Below, one piece after another: positions 19,016 through 28,294 of a stretch of DNA of 64,000 nt. The stretch comes from a virus (Duplodnaviria; Caudoviricetes). The translations under genes were made by a program, and so were the position numbers. The notes beneath the pieces are model-generated. The model saw only the letters and a program-made list of their open reading frames with translations, was not told the origin of the DNA and searched no databases. Location of the stretch: IMG/VR virus record IMGVR_UViG_3300014205_000172, positions 173,172 to 237,171 of that record; one strand, given 5' to 3'. How positions within the stretch are numbered: position 1 is the stretch's first letter; every line of letters begins with the position of its first letter.

Positions 19016-19957
19016 ATGCAAGAACAACAGAAGAAAAAATATCTCTGTATCTACCATGATAAATGCATCGACGGTTTTGGCGCGGCATGGGCGGTGCGCA
19101 AAGGACTGGTGGGTGAGGACGTGGAGTTCTTCAGCGCCGACTACGGCTGTGAAGCACCTGGCGTCACCGGCAAACATGTCATCATTGTCGACTTCAGCTA
19201 CAGTGCGGACCAGTTGGTGGAAATGAGTCATAAGGCTGAAAGTGTCCTTGTGCTCGACCATCATAAATCGGCAGCTTTGGCACTCGCATCCTTTCCGAAG
19301 TTTACGGCAGGGTGCGTTAACGACATGCAACATGGTTCCGATCACTTCTTTGGGTACGAAACAGCATTTGCTAAACGGCGCGCCAGAGGCGAGTCCGCCA
19401 TCGCATGTTGCTTCGATATGACACGCAGTGGTGCGATGCTAGCGTGGAACCATTTCTTTCCAGGTCAACAACCACCGGACATTATTCGCCATGTTCAGGA
19501 TCGTGATCTGTGGCAGTTTAAGTTGGAAGGTACTCGCGAAATAACGACTGCCATCTATAGCTACCCTAGTAGTTTTGAGTTGTGGGACCACTGGGTCGCA
19601 AACTCTCTGACCAAATTCCACCTCAGGACGGAAGGTACTGCATTACTGCGTGGACAAGCGCAGAACATTAAGGTGATGATCGATAACAATCTCGTTAAGA
19701 TGATGATCGGCGGATACGCCGTTGAGGCCGTCAATGCTCCAAAGATGTACGCATCCGAGATCGGCAACATCCTAGCCAAGACTAACGATTTTGGCGTAAC
19801 TTACTTCGACACACTGGAATATCGTGAGTTTAGCCTACGTGGGGAAGTGGGTAAGATCGATGTCAGTCTGGTGGCGGAGCAGTATGGTGGTGGTGGACAT
19901 GTTACCTCCGCTGGCTTTAAAGTACCGCATTCGCACAGACTCGCTTCATTAAAATGA
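19016..19957 (+). CDS. DHH/DHHA1 family phosphoesterase
   Basis: IYHDKCIDGFGAAW, VDFS, LDHH, QDRDLW, SLR and GGGGH..SAGF motifs. Confidence 0.9.
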   Translation: MQEQQKKKYLCIYHDKCIDGFGAAWAVRKGLVGEDVEFFSADYGCEAPGVTGKHVIIVDFSYSADQLVEMSHKAESVLVLDHHKSAALALASFPKFTAGCVNDMQHGSDHFFGYETAFAKRRARGESAIACCFDMTRSGAMLAWNHFFPGQQPPDIIRHVQDRDLWQFKLEGTREITTAIYSYPSSFELWDHWVANSLTKFHLRTEGTALLRGQAQNIKVMIDNNLVKMMIGGYAVEAVNAPKMYASEIGNILAKTNDFGVTYFDTLEYREFSLRGEVGKIDVSLVAEQYGGGGHVTSAGFKVPHSHRLASLK

Positions 19958-20013
19958 TGCACAACCTGCAGTTAGCCGCTGCAGGTCTTTTTTTTGTTTC
20001 TAGTGAAGGTGTC

Positions 20014-20040
20014 TACAGCAATACATTACGTAGGTGGACA
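20014..20040 (+). promoter_or_regulatory. phage early-type promoter motif copy
   Basis: TACAGCAA-TACAT-TACGTAGGT-GGACA. Confidence 0.6.
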
Positions 20041-20074
20041 TCCATTTGTTATTCGTTAAACAAGGAGCTTCAAA

Positions 20075-20446
20075 TTGTCAAACTCTACCCTCATTGCACA
20101 AAACGTAGAACTGCTTTCGCGTGGAGAATACCGCGATGCGTTCACTAACCCCAACGTTGAGCTGTTCATCCCTGTAGATGAAACTGGGAAAACAGTTCCC
20201 TATACACAGGCTGTTCATTTCCAGTGCTGGTCAGTTGGTGAGCGTAACCCAAATATCCCTGCCCTCGTTACTCTCTCCGACCAGCTGGAAAACTGCTGGC
20301 TGAAGAAAGATTTCGATTACAAATTCGTACCCCTGGCTCGCTGTGCCGCATATGGGTCAATTAAGATCATGGACGAATGGTTATTCAAACTCAACCGTAA
20401 TGAAGCTGGCGATATTAAAGACATCGGAAACATTACACTTTACTGA
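20075..20446 (+). CDS. hypothetical protein
   Basis: AAGGAG SD with a TTG start. Confidence 0.7.
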   Translation: MSNSTLIAQNVELLSRGEYRDAFTNPNVELFIPVDETGKTVPYTQAVHFQCWSVGERNPNIPALVTLSDQLENCWLKKDFDYKFVPLARCAAYGSIKIMDEWLFKLNRNEAGDIKDIGNITLY

Positions 20447-20462
20447 TAAGGACTAAAGCTTC

Positions 20463-21191
20463 ATGGGTGATAAAAGTCGCATTCTCATGTTGTTCTCTGG
20501 TGGTCTTGATTCCACTTGGTTGTTGTACAATCGAGTGAAAGAAGGACACGCTGTTGATGTATTCTACGCCAAGGGTGGTCAACCGCGACTCAAGCAAGAG
20601 TGCGAGAAGCAACACCGTGAGTTGATTAAAACCTGGATTGAAAAACACGCGCCAGAAGATAAGCCTGCTCAAATTACCGAAGTGGACCCAGGTCAGGTTG
20701 AAGTTCAATTTGGCGCGGCTAAATATGGGGCATGGAAACAAGCTATTGGCTGGATTGTAACCGCCCTGGAAGTAGTCGACCATACCAAACACGATTGCGT
20801 GGAAATCGGCTACGTGATGGGCGATGAGATATGTCAGCATTTTCACGATATGCAAGATGCGTGGAATTCTTTGTGGAAGTTCAGTAAGGTGGGCGATCCT
20901 GTTCCACTCAACTTCCCACTACGTATCACAAGCAAGTATGAAATCCTCAAGCAGTTACCGGGGGAGCTTTACAAGTTAACATGGGTGTGTGAACTCCCAG
21001 TTACGGGAGAGGGTGGAGGGTTGCGGGCCTGCGGGCATTGCCATGCCTGCACCACCCGTGCTGTTGAAGAACATCGCTTCTTCTTGAAGCAGGGCATGAC
21101 GCTTGAAACGTTCCACACGCCAAGCGCCAAACTCATTGAAGATAAGCCTTTAAGCGATGAGTTCATGCAACTCATTAAAGATGAAAACTGA
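20463..21191 (+). CDS. divergent QueC-like PP-loop ATP pyrophosphatase
   Basis: LFSGGLDST PP-loop; SKYEI; Zn site TWVC...CGHCHAC; lacks the VP.RN motif of canonical QueC. Confidence 0.75.
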   Translation: MGDKSRILMLFSGGLDSTWLLYNRVKEGHAVDVFYAKGGQPRLKQECEKQHRELIKTWIEKHAPEDKPAQITEVDPGQVEVQFGAAKYGAWKQAIGWIVTALEVVDHTKHDCVEIGYVMGDEICQHFHDMQDAWNSLWKFSKVGDPVPLNFPLRITSKYEILKQLPGELYKLTWVCELPVTGEGGGLRACGHCHACTTRAVEEHRFFLKQGMTLETFHTPSAKLIEDKPLSDEFMQLIKDEN

Positions 21192-21198
21192 GGTGTCT

Positions 21199-21930
21199 AT
21201 GTCCATTTCGAAACGTGTAGAAGAAATCCTGTTCTTTCGTAAGTTGGACCAGATGGGTTTGACTCCGATGTGGGAATACATCTGTCGAACCAACCCGGCA
21301 AAGATCAACGCCTACCACAATACCGAACACATGTTTGGTGTCGCTCAACTTGCTTGGAAAATTTGGAACGTTGAGGTCGGTGAGGAACAGTGCGCTTCAG
21401 ACTCTGAGGATTATACGTTCCTTGAAGTCATCATCGCTTCACTGTGGCATGATTACGATCACAGTGGCGGGTACCAGCCGGATGTTGAAAATATCTCTGA
21501 CGCGCTCGCCGCGCTTGAGACCTGGCTTGACCTCCCTGAATACAAAGACGTTGCCGATAATCTCGGTCTGTACTACGACGATGGTGGCACGCTTGAGCGT
21601 GTTCGGCAACTCATCACTGTCACCGAGTTCCCATTTATTCATGAACCTCGCTTCATGGCCGAGAAGATCATTCGGGACTCGGATCTGCTGTATAGCTTCT
21701 CTGATGCAACAGGTCCCATCCTTCACGGACTTTATACCGAACTTGCCAATGCGGGTAAGTTCCCAGCCGAAGTAACCTTTGATCGAATGATTGAAGGACA
21801 AACCAAATTCCACGATGAGGTTCAACTGTTCACCCATACGGGACTCGCCATCCACCGCGAGTTGAAACAGATGGTCATCAAAGAACAAATCAAATACGGT
21901 CAGCAACTGCTGGCACTGGAAAAGACATGA
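21199..21930 (+). CDS. HD-domain phosphohydrolase
   Basis: YHNTEH...WHDYDHSG...IIRDSDL. Confidence 0.85.
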   Translation: MSISKRVEEILFFRKLDQMGLTPMWEYICRTNPAKINAYHNTEHMFGVAQLAWKIWNVEVGEEQCASDSEDYTFLEVIIASLWHDYDHSGGYQPDVENISDALAALETWLDLPEYKDVADNLGLYYDDGGTLERVRQLITVTEFPFIHEPRFMAEKIIRDSDLLYSFSDATGPILHGLYTELANAGKFPAEVTFDRMIEGQTKFHDEVQLFTHTGLAIHRELKQMVIKEQIKYGQQLLALEKT

Positions 21931-22370
21931 CCGACGAACAAAAGTACCCAACTCGGGAAGAATCTCAAAAGATCCTGACTGACCGCATCTCTGCGTTGGC
22001 CGAAGGTCTTGAACCTCACCTGACTCGGCGGTTGCTGATTGAAATCGCCGAAGAAGTGTTCTTGGGTGCTTACGGCATCTATCTCACTGACGAGATGAAA
22101 GAACTCCAAGACCGTGCTGATACGGATACTACGTCTATCCAGCCGATCAATGGCGGTAAGGCTATCCTGGTCTCCCCATACGGCTTTGAGGTCGTGTCGG
22201 AAGAATCGGTAGGTCGCAATGACCAGTATCGTGTAACGCTTCGTGAATGCACTCGTAGCCAGTTCCACACCCGTATGGGTGGCGGTATGAGCGTCGGTAC
22301 TGGCAAGGTTCCTCATCTCGAACGCGGTGGTCTGTTCAAAGGCTACCGTAATAAACGTAACTCTCACTAA
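21927..22370 (+). CDS. hypothetical protein
   Basis: ATGA coupling. Confidence 0.7.
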   Translation: MTDEQKYPTREESQKILTDRISALAEGLEPHLTRRLLIEIAEEVFLGAYGIYLTDEMKELQDRADTDTTSIQPINGGKAILVSPYGFEVVSEESVGRNDQYRVTLRECTRSQFHTRMGGGMSVGTGKVPHLERGGLFKGYRNKRNSH

Positions 22371-22380
22371 GGGCTTGAAA

Positions 22381-23406
22381 ATGGCTAAGCGTACTTTCGT
22401 TGTTGCTGTAGATCCGTTCATGGATAACTTCAGCGTACTGGGTTTGCGGCACACGCTGGCGAACGGTGATGAGGTTGTGATCCACAACACGCCAGACTTC
22501 AACATGGTCGGCGATAAGACCGTTTTCAACTTCGATATCTTTGTGTCGGGTAAGTACAAGCAAGAACTGCTTAGCAGCATTGTCCCTAGCTGGCGCTTGG
22601 TTGAAATCCCTCGTCACGGTAAGATTGCTCAGCACTGCCTCTTGCAGCAAGCGGCAGCCGCTTATTCTGCAGGTCGAGAACGGCGCGACTTCTTCATCAA
22701 CGTACCCACCTGGAAACAAGGCTGGGGTGGTCGCAATTACCCAATCCAGCCGGGTCGTATGGTTGTTAAGCCAAACGACGGCGCGCGCGGCATTGGACAG
22801 TTTGTTGTTAACACACATCTTGTCAACATCGACGCTTTCCTCAAAAGCCTCAACATTCTTTTGGCTAGCGAATATACCGCTGAATCATTGGCTGAGTTCC
22901 TTGCCAAATATGAAGATGCGGTGACTTACCACACAGGCAGTGAAAACAAACCGCTGGAAGGTTTGGCTACGCTCAAAGAGCAAGGTGTCATCGTCCAGAC
23001 TGTGGTCGAAAACATCGGTACCGAATACCGCATCATCACCAACAAAGATTGCGAACCCACCTATGTCCAGAAGCGTCGGATTCGTGATCCAGAATCAGTA
23101 TTCCCTCAGGCCACTGGTGGTGGTTCGTTGATCGACAAGGATTCCATTGTCGACATTGATGAAATGCCTGGCTGTGTCGACCGTGACATGCTCAGTTATC
23201 TGTGCCGTCATGCGATTGGGCCAATGAGTTCGATTGACCTGTTCGTTACGAACGATGGACACTGGGGCATTTTCGAGTTCTGTAACCAATTCGGTATCTC
23301 GGGTATTCCGCAAGTTATCATCCACTCCATGCATGTTCAATTCATGGAAATGGTCGTTGATCGTTATCTTGACGCCGAAGCCTCCACCGTCCTGAAGAGC
23401 GAATAG
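22381..23406 (+). CDS. ATP-grasp fold ligase (RimK-like)
   Basis: VVKPNDGARGIG, IVQ.VV, EYRII and IDLFV...W.IFEFCNQFG. Confidence 0.8.
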   Translation: MAKRTFVVAVDPFMDNFSVLGLRHTLANGDEVVIHNTPDFNMVGDKTVFNFDIFVSGKYKQELLSSIVPSWRLVEIPRHGKIAQHCLLQQAAAAYSAGRERRDFFINVPTWKQGWGGRNYPIQPGRMVVKPNDGARGIGQFVVNTHLVNIDAFLKSLNILLASEYTAESLAEFLAKYEDAVTYHTGSENKPLEGLATLKEQGVIVQTVVENIGTEYRIITNKDCEPTYVQKRRIRDPESVFPQATGGGSLIDKDSIVDIDEMPGCVDRDMLSYLCRHAIGPMSSIDLFVTNDGHWGIFEFCNQFGISGIPQVIIHSMHVQFMEMVVDRYLDAEASTVLKSE

Positions 23407-23407
23407 C

Positions 23408-23725
23408 ATGGCCGAATTCTTTAGCGTCGAATCGCACAAACTGCTTGTTCTGGCGGCGTTCGTTACCATTATACTGGTGTGGTTGAAAATCAGCACAGGT
23501 CGGTATGCGGAACGTAAAGAAATGACCGATTGGTGCGCGGCCGTTTCGGCATGCTTTGCAAAGAACGACTTCAGCTGTATTCCAAAAGGCGTACAGCTGA
23601 AAGGTATTTATCGCCGGCTCAAGATGCTAGAGAAATTCGGTATTGGTGCCGAGGTCCATTACGACAAGGAAACTCTCTACGTCAGTAAAGGCAAAGGCGA
23701 TACGTGGAGCTTCGATATCTACTGA
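23408..23725 (+). CDS. membrane-anchored hypothetical protein
   Basis: N-terminal TM segment. Confidence 0.65.
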   Translation: MAEFFSVESHKLLVLAAFVTIILVWLKISTGRYAERKEMTDWCAAVSACFAKNDFSCIPKGVQLKGIYRRLKMLEKFGIGAEVHYDKETLYVSKGKGDTWSFDIY

Positions 23726-23740
23726 GTATTTAATGACGCA

Positions 23741-23774
23741 ACGGAGGGCTGTATGAGCCCTCCGTCTTCTATGC
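23741..23774 (+). terminator. hairpin followed by TATGC
   Basis: ACGGAGGGCT-GTATG-AGCCCTCCGT then CTTCTATGC. Confidence 0.7.
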
Positions 23775-23794
23775 TATTTAAAAGGATTCTGTAC

Positions 23795-24538
23795 ATGGCA
23801 CTTTTGTCAGATCGGCAAATCAAAGAACGTTGCATGAAGCCAAGTCATTTGTTGTTGGAGAATGATGGCAAGTACAGTCCTGTAATCTCTGGCGTCACAC
23901 ACACGGCTGAATGTGTTGAGCAATGGGTAGTGCGTTCTTATGCGCGGCTGATTGACGCTACCCCTGAAGCGCTTAAACGCGTAGATTGGAAACCGATGAT
24001 CGCGCCGTTCGAGCCGCAAGCGGTCCGATTTATCGAAGACGTCAAGGTAATAAGCTATGGAACAAGTTCGTTCGGGTATGACATCCGGATGAAGAAAGAA
24101 GGGTTGAAGATCTTCACCAACATCAACTCGGCCATCATCGACCCTATGCGGATGTCGCCTGAAGCGTACAAAGAACCGCTCGTCCATTTCGACGAAGAGT
24201 TCAAGCTGCACTACTTCATCCTGCCGCCAAAGTCTGTAGCACTTGGCCACACCGTGGAATCGTTTGCCATCCCTCGCGATATCCTTGTGATGTGCCTGGG
24301 TAAGAGCACTTACGCTCGTGTGGCCATGATGCCAATCGTTACCCCACTGGAACCTGAGTGGGAAGGCGAACTTGTGTTGGAGATCGCTAACCTTGTAGAA
24401 CTACCGATGCGTATCTACCTGGAAACCGGCATTGCCCAGCTGTTGTTCCTCCAAGGTAACGAGCCTTGCGAAGTCAGCTATAAAGATCGTGGTGGTAAGT
24501 ACATGGGTCAAACGGGGACTCAAGATGCGATACTTTAA
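23795..24538 (+). CDS. dcd: dCTP deaminase
   Basis: LSDR...ISYGTSSFGYDIR, CLGKSTYAR, TPLEPEWEG and SYKDRGGKYMGQ. Confidence 0.93.
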   Translation: MALLSDRQIKERCMKPSHLLLENDGKYSPVISGVTHTAECVEQWVVRSYARLIDATPEALKRVDWKPMIAPFEPQAVRFIEDVKVISYGTSSFGYDIRMKKEGLKIFTNINSAIIDPMRMSPEAYKEPLVHFDEEFKLHYFILPPKSVALGHTVESFAIPRDILVMCLGKSTYARVAMMPIVTPLEPEWEGELVLEIANLVELPMRIYLETGIAQLLFLQGNEPCEVSYKDRGGKYMGQTGTQDAIL

Positions 24539-24686
24539 ATTTGCCCTTTTCATCTGTGCAATTTATCTGTGTGGGGCGTTTGTCTCAGGTGGTTTCAACC
24601 CTGAGCACTGGGATTCCTTTTGGAAACTGGTCCTTGTAATTATCGCCGTGACTGGCGGTTTGATCTACGTAAGGAATGTTCCATGA
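24525..24686 (+). CDS. small membrane protein
   Basis: Two TM segments; SD GGGGA. Confidence 0.55.
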   Translation: MRYFKFALFICAIYLCGAFVSGGFNPEHWDSFWKLVLVIIAVTGGLIYVRNVP

Positions 24687-24844
24687 ACGTAGCTGTAGGT
24701 AGTTTATGTATTGGGGTTTTTCTGTATTTCGCCATTGCGTTTATCCTTATGGAAGGCGATATGCGTAGGTGGCCTATACTGGGTAGGGCGGTTTGGGTAG
24801 TTCTCGAACTTGCAGTTTTCTTTACCCTGATTATTAAATTCTGA
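24683..24844 (+). CDS. small membrane protein
   Basis: Two TM segments; SD AAGGA; ATGA coupling. Confidence 0.55.
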   Translation: MNVAVGSLCIGVFLYFAIAFILMEGDMRRWPILGRAVWVVLELAVFFTLIIKF

Positions 24845-24866
24845 AGATTAGCGAAGGAAGTTCACT

Positions 24867-25319
24867 ATGATCACAATCGAATTTAAACCGCCAGTCAGGT
24901 CAAGTTTGGCCCTCGTCCGTGATGGGAATATCGAAAACTGGCGTTCTTTTGAAAAGCGCTGTCGGCGTGACCCTATCGGTATCGAATACATCGAGGAGCT
25001 GTCTAACGGCATGTGGTCCAACTCGCGTATTGCGTACATTGATGAGAATCGTGTCTGCGGCAGGTTTGTTAGTATCGAGTTGAACGAACTCAAAGGTACC
25101 GCTTCGGCGATCATCGAACCGTATGGTCCCTTAAAGCCAGTGCTGGAAGCACACATCGCTAATATTAAGGATGTCAAAGAACTGGTCTTCCTTATCCGTG
25201 GTGGTCTCAACCACATCGTCACGTATGACTACATGGGTCCACGAGCCATGTACGAACAGAAGCGTGCGGCACTGAGGGAAGCTCAGCAAAAGAATCGCGA
25301 TACGTGGTGGGCTCGGTAA
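24867..25319 (+). CDS. degenerate homolog of the phiKZ-type head maturation protease
   Basis: RIAYIDENRVC...IEPYGP...FLIRG...IVTYDY; catalytic His and Ser positions appear substituted. Confidence 0.5.
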   Translation: MITIEFKPPVRSSLALVRDGNIENWRSFEKRCRRDPIGIEYIEELSNGMWSNSRIAYIDENRVCGRFVSIELNELKGTASAIIEPYGPLKPVLEAHIANIKDVKELVFLIRGGLNHIVTYDYMGPRAMYEQKRAALREAQQKNRDTWWAR

Positions 25320-25355
25320 CACCGTTATATGAAATAAACTGAAAGGGATGCCGTC

Positions 25356-25970
25356 ATGGGCGTGTTCAACAAATGGTGGTCTTCAAGAAATACCCCGAAA
25401 CGTCCCGAAACGCCCAAGTTAGTAAAGCCACCAATTGTAATGTCGATTGTTGATTGGGATTCTATACATCAGGAAACCGCTAACCAGTTCCTTCAGTACG
25501 GTTGGCGCCGAGGTGAGTTAAACGAGTTTACAATACCCTGGGATCGGCAAATAGTTAATGCCACTACGCAGCTAACTGGTTGTACAGTTCGAAGCCTGTC
25601 CGTATTACTCCCCAATAACCTTGGGTTGAAAGCCTCCGAGATATTGTCACCTCAGATTACTGAGATGGGATTACCAACGGTACAAATACTTTACCTCTCA
25701 AAGGAATCCTCTTTTGAGAACATGCCTCTCATCGATCTTCTTTCGGGCGGACCAACCCGTGAACTTAGTGAGACGCTGCGGTACATTGCGTTAAGGATGG
25801 AATCCAAGATCGAGGCAGTCATGACCGACTGTGATCTTGGAAAGGTAGTCGTCGTCTTTAAGTCGAGAGCGCTTAATTTCACACTCCTCAATAATAAAGA
25901 ACGTTGGCAGGGTGGTCTTGATCTCTCTGTTGAACAAACGACCGTTAAAAAGGAATCAGATAAACCATGA
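25356..25970 (+). CDS. hypothetical protein
   Basis: 204 aa ORF. Confidence 0.7.
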   Translation: MGVFNKWWSSRNTPKRPETPKLVKPPIVMSIVDWDSIHQETANQFLQYGWRRGELNEFTIPWDRQIVNATTQLTGCTVRSLSVLLPNNLGLKASEILSPQITEMGLPTVQILYLSKESSFENMPLIDLLSGGPTRELSETLRYIALRMESKIEAVMTDCDLGKVVVVFKSRALNFTLLNNKERWQGGLDLSVEQTTVKKESDKP

Positions 25971-26371
25971 CCAGTAACGTAGCTGTAGAAACCATTTTGG
26001 AAATCATCGCTGATGCGGTAGCCGGCACTGCTCGGCAAATCCGTTTTAATCCTGAAGCGGCTAGTCACGAAAAGCCAGTCGACTTCGTAGCGGCCATCCC
26101 GGCGACTTTACCTTCACACTTTTACGATAAAGGCGTATCGGTTCCCATGGGGTTGACTGAAACCACACTGGAGTCATTCGGCAGTCGCATTCCCCACTTC
26201 TTGCTGAAGATGTTGGGGGATGAGGGGACAGCTGATGTGCTGAGCGCTATCTCCGCTGCCAAAGATACCACCCCACGTTATCTATATAGCGCCAGCACGC
26301 TGTATGCCTGCCGTAAGGATCTCGTGATCATGGTTTGTGAAGCCGTTACTCAACCAGGAACTCCGACATGA
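25967..26371 (+). CDS. hypothetical protein
   Basis: ATGA coupling. Confidence 0.7.
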   Translation: MTSNVAVETILEIIADAVAGTARQIRFNPEAASHEKPVDFVAAIPATLPSHFYDKGVSVPMGLTETTLESFGSRIPHFLLKMLGDEGTADVLSAISAAKDTTPRYLYSASTLYACRKDLVIMVCEAVTQPGTPT

Positions 26372-27045
26372 GTACGCCCGTTCGTAAGTATTTGGTCAAG
26401 CTGCCCATCAGTGCGGTCGATATGACGGCCAGTCCCATCATGGCCGGCTACAGTGAAATCCTCAAAGAGCTGAAGAAGCATTCGACTACTGATGTCATCA
26501 AATATAGCATGCCAGCCGCCAGCGGTGACGTGATGCGCCTCGTGGTCAGCATCGCTAAGGTAGCCAAAGACGAGCTCGTCGAAAAAGGCGTTGACGTCAA
26601 TGACCTGCCCGACTTGGCCGATGTGCTGAACACCAACCTGCCGTGGATGGGTCACGTTACTCACAACACGGCAAGCCGACAATTCAAGTCTAAGCATGTG
26701 CTGGCCGTGGCGGTAGAAGTGCTGCGTGAGTTCGATGGTTACATCTACAGGCTGTCTGCTGATACCGGCAGTGTTCCAGAGTCTCGCGGTCCTGCGCTCT
26801 TCGAACTGCAAAGTCCTTCGCGCATGGATCGTTTTTACAAGATCCATGTTAACATGGATATCAGCGACAAGATGACCGCCGACATCATGTTGAAGTCTCC
26901 GATCGTACCGCAAGGTTTGATTGATGAGCTGACAGCAGTCGGTTATACGCACCAGGGTCGGTTTTTCTCACACCCGGGTACTTGGCGTGGTGTTAATATC
27001 CACGTCTCTCTTTTCGGTATGATCGCTGACGCCGGAGTAAAGTAA
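26368..27045 (+). CDS. hypothetical protein
   Basis: ATGA coupling. Confidence 0.75.
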   Translation: MSTPVRKYLVKLPISAVDMTASPIMAGYSEILKELKKHSTTDVIKYSMPAASGDVMRLVVSIAKVAKDELVEKGVDVNDLPDLADVLNTNLPWMGHVTHNTASRQFKSKHVLAVAVEVLREFDGYIYRLSADTGSVPESRGPALFELQSPSRMDRFYKIHVNMDISDKMTADIMLKSPIVPQGLIDELTAVGYTHQGRFFSHPGTWRGVNIHVSLFGMIADAGVK

Positions 27046-27046
27046 C

Positions 27047-27523
27047 ATGGATATCTCGATCATCCCTAAGTGGGTGTGGTTACTGATTGCCCTTGCAGTA
27101 CTTGGGGGTGTGGTAGGTTCTGGTATTTACGCCGTACATAGCTACAACCAAATGACCATTAGTTTGGCCAAAGAAACGTCCGAGAAAAACACAGCTATTG
27201 AAGCAAACAAAACGCTTGATGCTGAAATTACACGTCTTAAACAAGACGTCGCCGACAAGGCTCAGGTTAACAAGGACATTGATGTAGGGCAGAAACAAAT
27301 TGCTGCACTCATGGATGGGTTGTCCAGTGATCTTGAAATCGCAGTCGCTCAACGCGATGAGGCGCGGCGTAAGCTGTTGTTAGACAAAGGTGGTGTCAAT
27401 ATGTGCAAGGCGGATGATGCGTTCTCTGTGGTCCCTACAGAGCGTGACATTGGCCTTGACTATGCATGGAAGGTGTATTGCAAAACCAATCCAACCGCTA
27501 CTGCGTGTAAGGGGGTGAAATGA
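27047..27523 (+). CDS. i-spanin (Rz-like)
   Basis: N-terminal TM, coiled-coil body and C-terminal Cys residues; coupled to a lipoprotein gene. Confidence 0.75.
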   Translation: MDISIIPKWVWLLIALAVLGGVVGSGIYAVHSYNQMTISLAKETSEKNTAIEANKTLDAEITRLKQDVADKAQVNKDIDVGQKQIAALMDGLSSDLEIAVAQRDEARRKLLLDKGGVNMCKADDAFSVVPTERDIGLDYAWKVYCKTNPTATACKGVK

Positions 27524-27840
27524 AATACGTTCTGTTGTGCATGTTTGCCTTATTGGTAGGTTGCGCTGCTAAGCCTATCGTAGTCACCAAAACTACAACG
27601 CAATATGCAGTACTGGATGAACGTTGGATTGCTGACTGCCCTATTACATCACCGCCTGACCCCATCGTTTACAACACCGCCGATCTTCAGCATCGGCTAG
27701 ACATGTGGTCGGTATCTTACGCGAATCTTGTACAGTCGGTTGTGAACTGTAATGTTCGTCTTGTAGGGGCTCGTTCCTACAACGACAAAAAGAAGCTGGA
27801 AACCACTACAATTACCTGCACCAACGGCGTCTGTAAGTAA
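27520..27840 (+). CDS. o-spanin (Rz1-like lipoprotein)
   Basis: Lipobox LLVGC; Pro-rich CPITSPPDP; CN motif. Confidence 0.75.
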   Translation: MKYVLLCMFALLVGCAAKPIVVTKTTTQYAVLDERWIADCPITSPPDPIVYNTADLQHRLDMWSVSYANLVQSVVNCNVRLVGARSYNDKKKLETTTITCTNGVCK

Positions 27841-27893
27841 CTACCGAAATACCCTTTCTTTATAGCCCATCACGCTACTTCGGAGATACGTTC

Positions 27894-28229
27894 ATGAAAG
27901 TAACTAACCTCGCTGGCATTACCCCCGCTCTGGCAACCATCGCCGTAGATGGTTTCGCTACCGTCGAGATCTCCTCGTTCACCAAAGGTACTCTGACTGC
28001 AGTTGCCGGCCATGGCGACATGTTCGTCCAGGTGAAACTGGATGCCATGCCTGAAGGCGAAAAGTCTAGCACACTGCTGGGCAAGTCCTTCAAGATCAAC
28101 CTGGAAACCGGCGATGTGGAACTGATCCCTGGCACAGCTACTCCGAAAGCTCCGAAAGCTCAGAAAGCGAAGCCTGCATCGGCACCAGGTCGTGGTGCGC
28201 TGGCGCGGATCAGCAACGACCGGATGTAA
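27894..28229 (+). CDS. hypothetical protein with a Lys/Ala/Pro tail
   Basis: GGAG SD; followed by a hairpin. Confidence 0.75.
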   Translation: MKVTNLAGITPALATIAVDGFATVEISSFTKGTLTAVAGHGDMFVQVKLDAMPEGEKSSTLLGKSFKINLETGDVELIPGTATPKAPKAQKAKPASAPGRGALARISNDRM

Positions 28230-28234
28230 AATGA

Positions 28235-28268
28235 CATAGAGAGCAGGCACGCAGCCTGCTCTCTATGC
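28235..28268. terminator. CATA...TATGC hairpin
   Basis: CATAGAGAGCAGGC-ACGCA-GCCTGCTCTCTATG. Confidence 0.75.
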
Positions 28269-28294
28269 TGCTCTCTATTCAATTAGGACACACC

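Noticed and set aside
20463-21191. Gene symbol queC and a 7-deazaguanine DNA-modification system
   Set aside because: The substrate motif is divergent and no partner genes are in the window.
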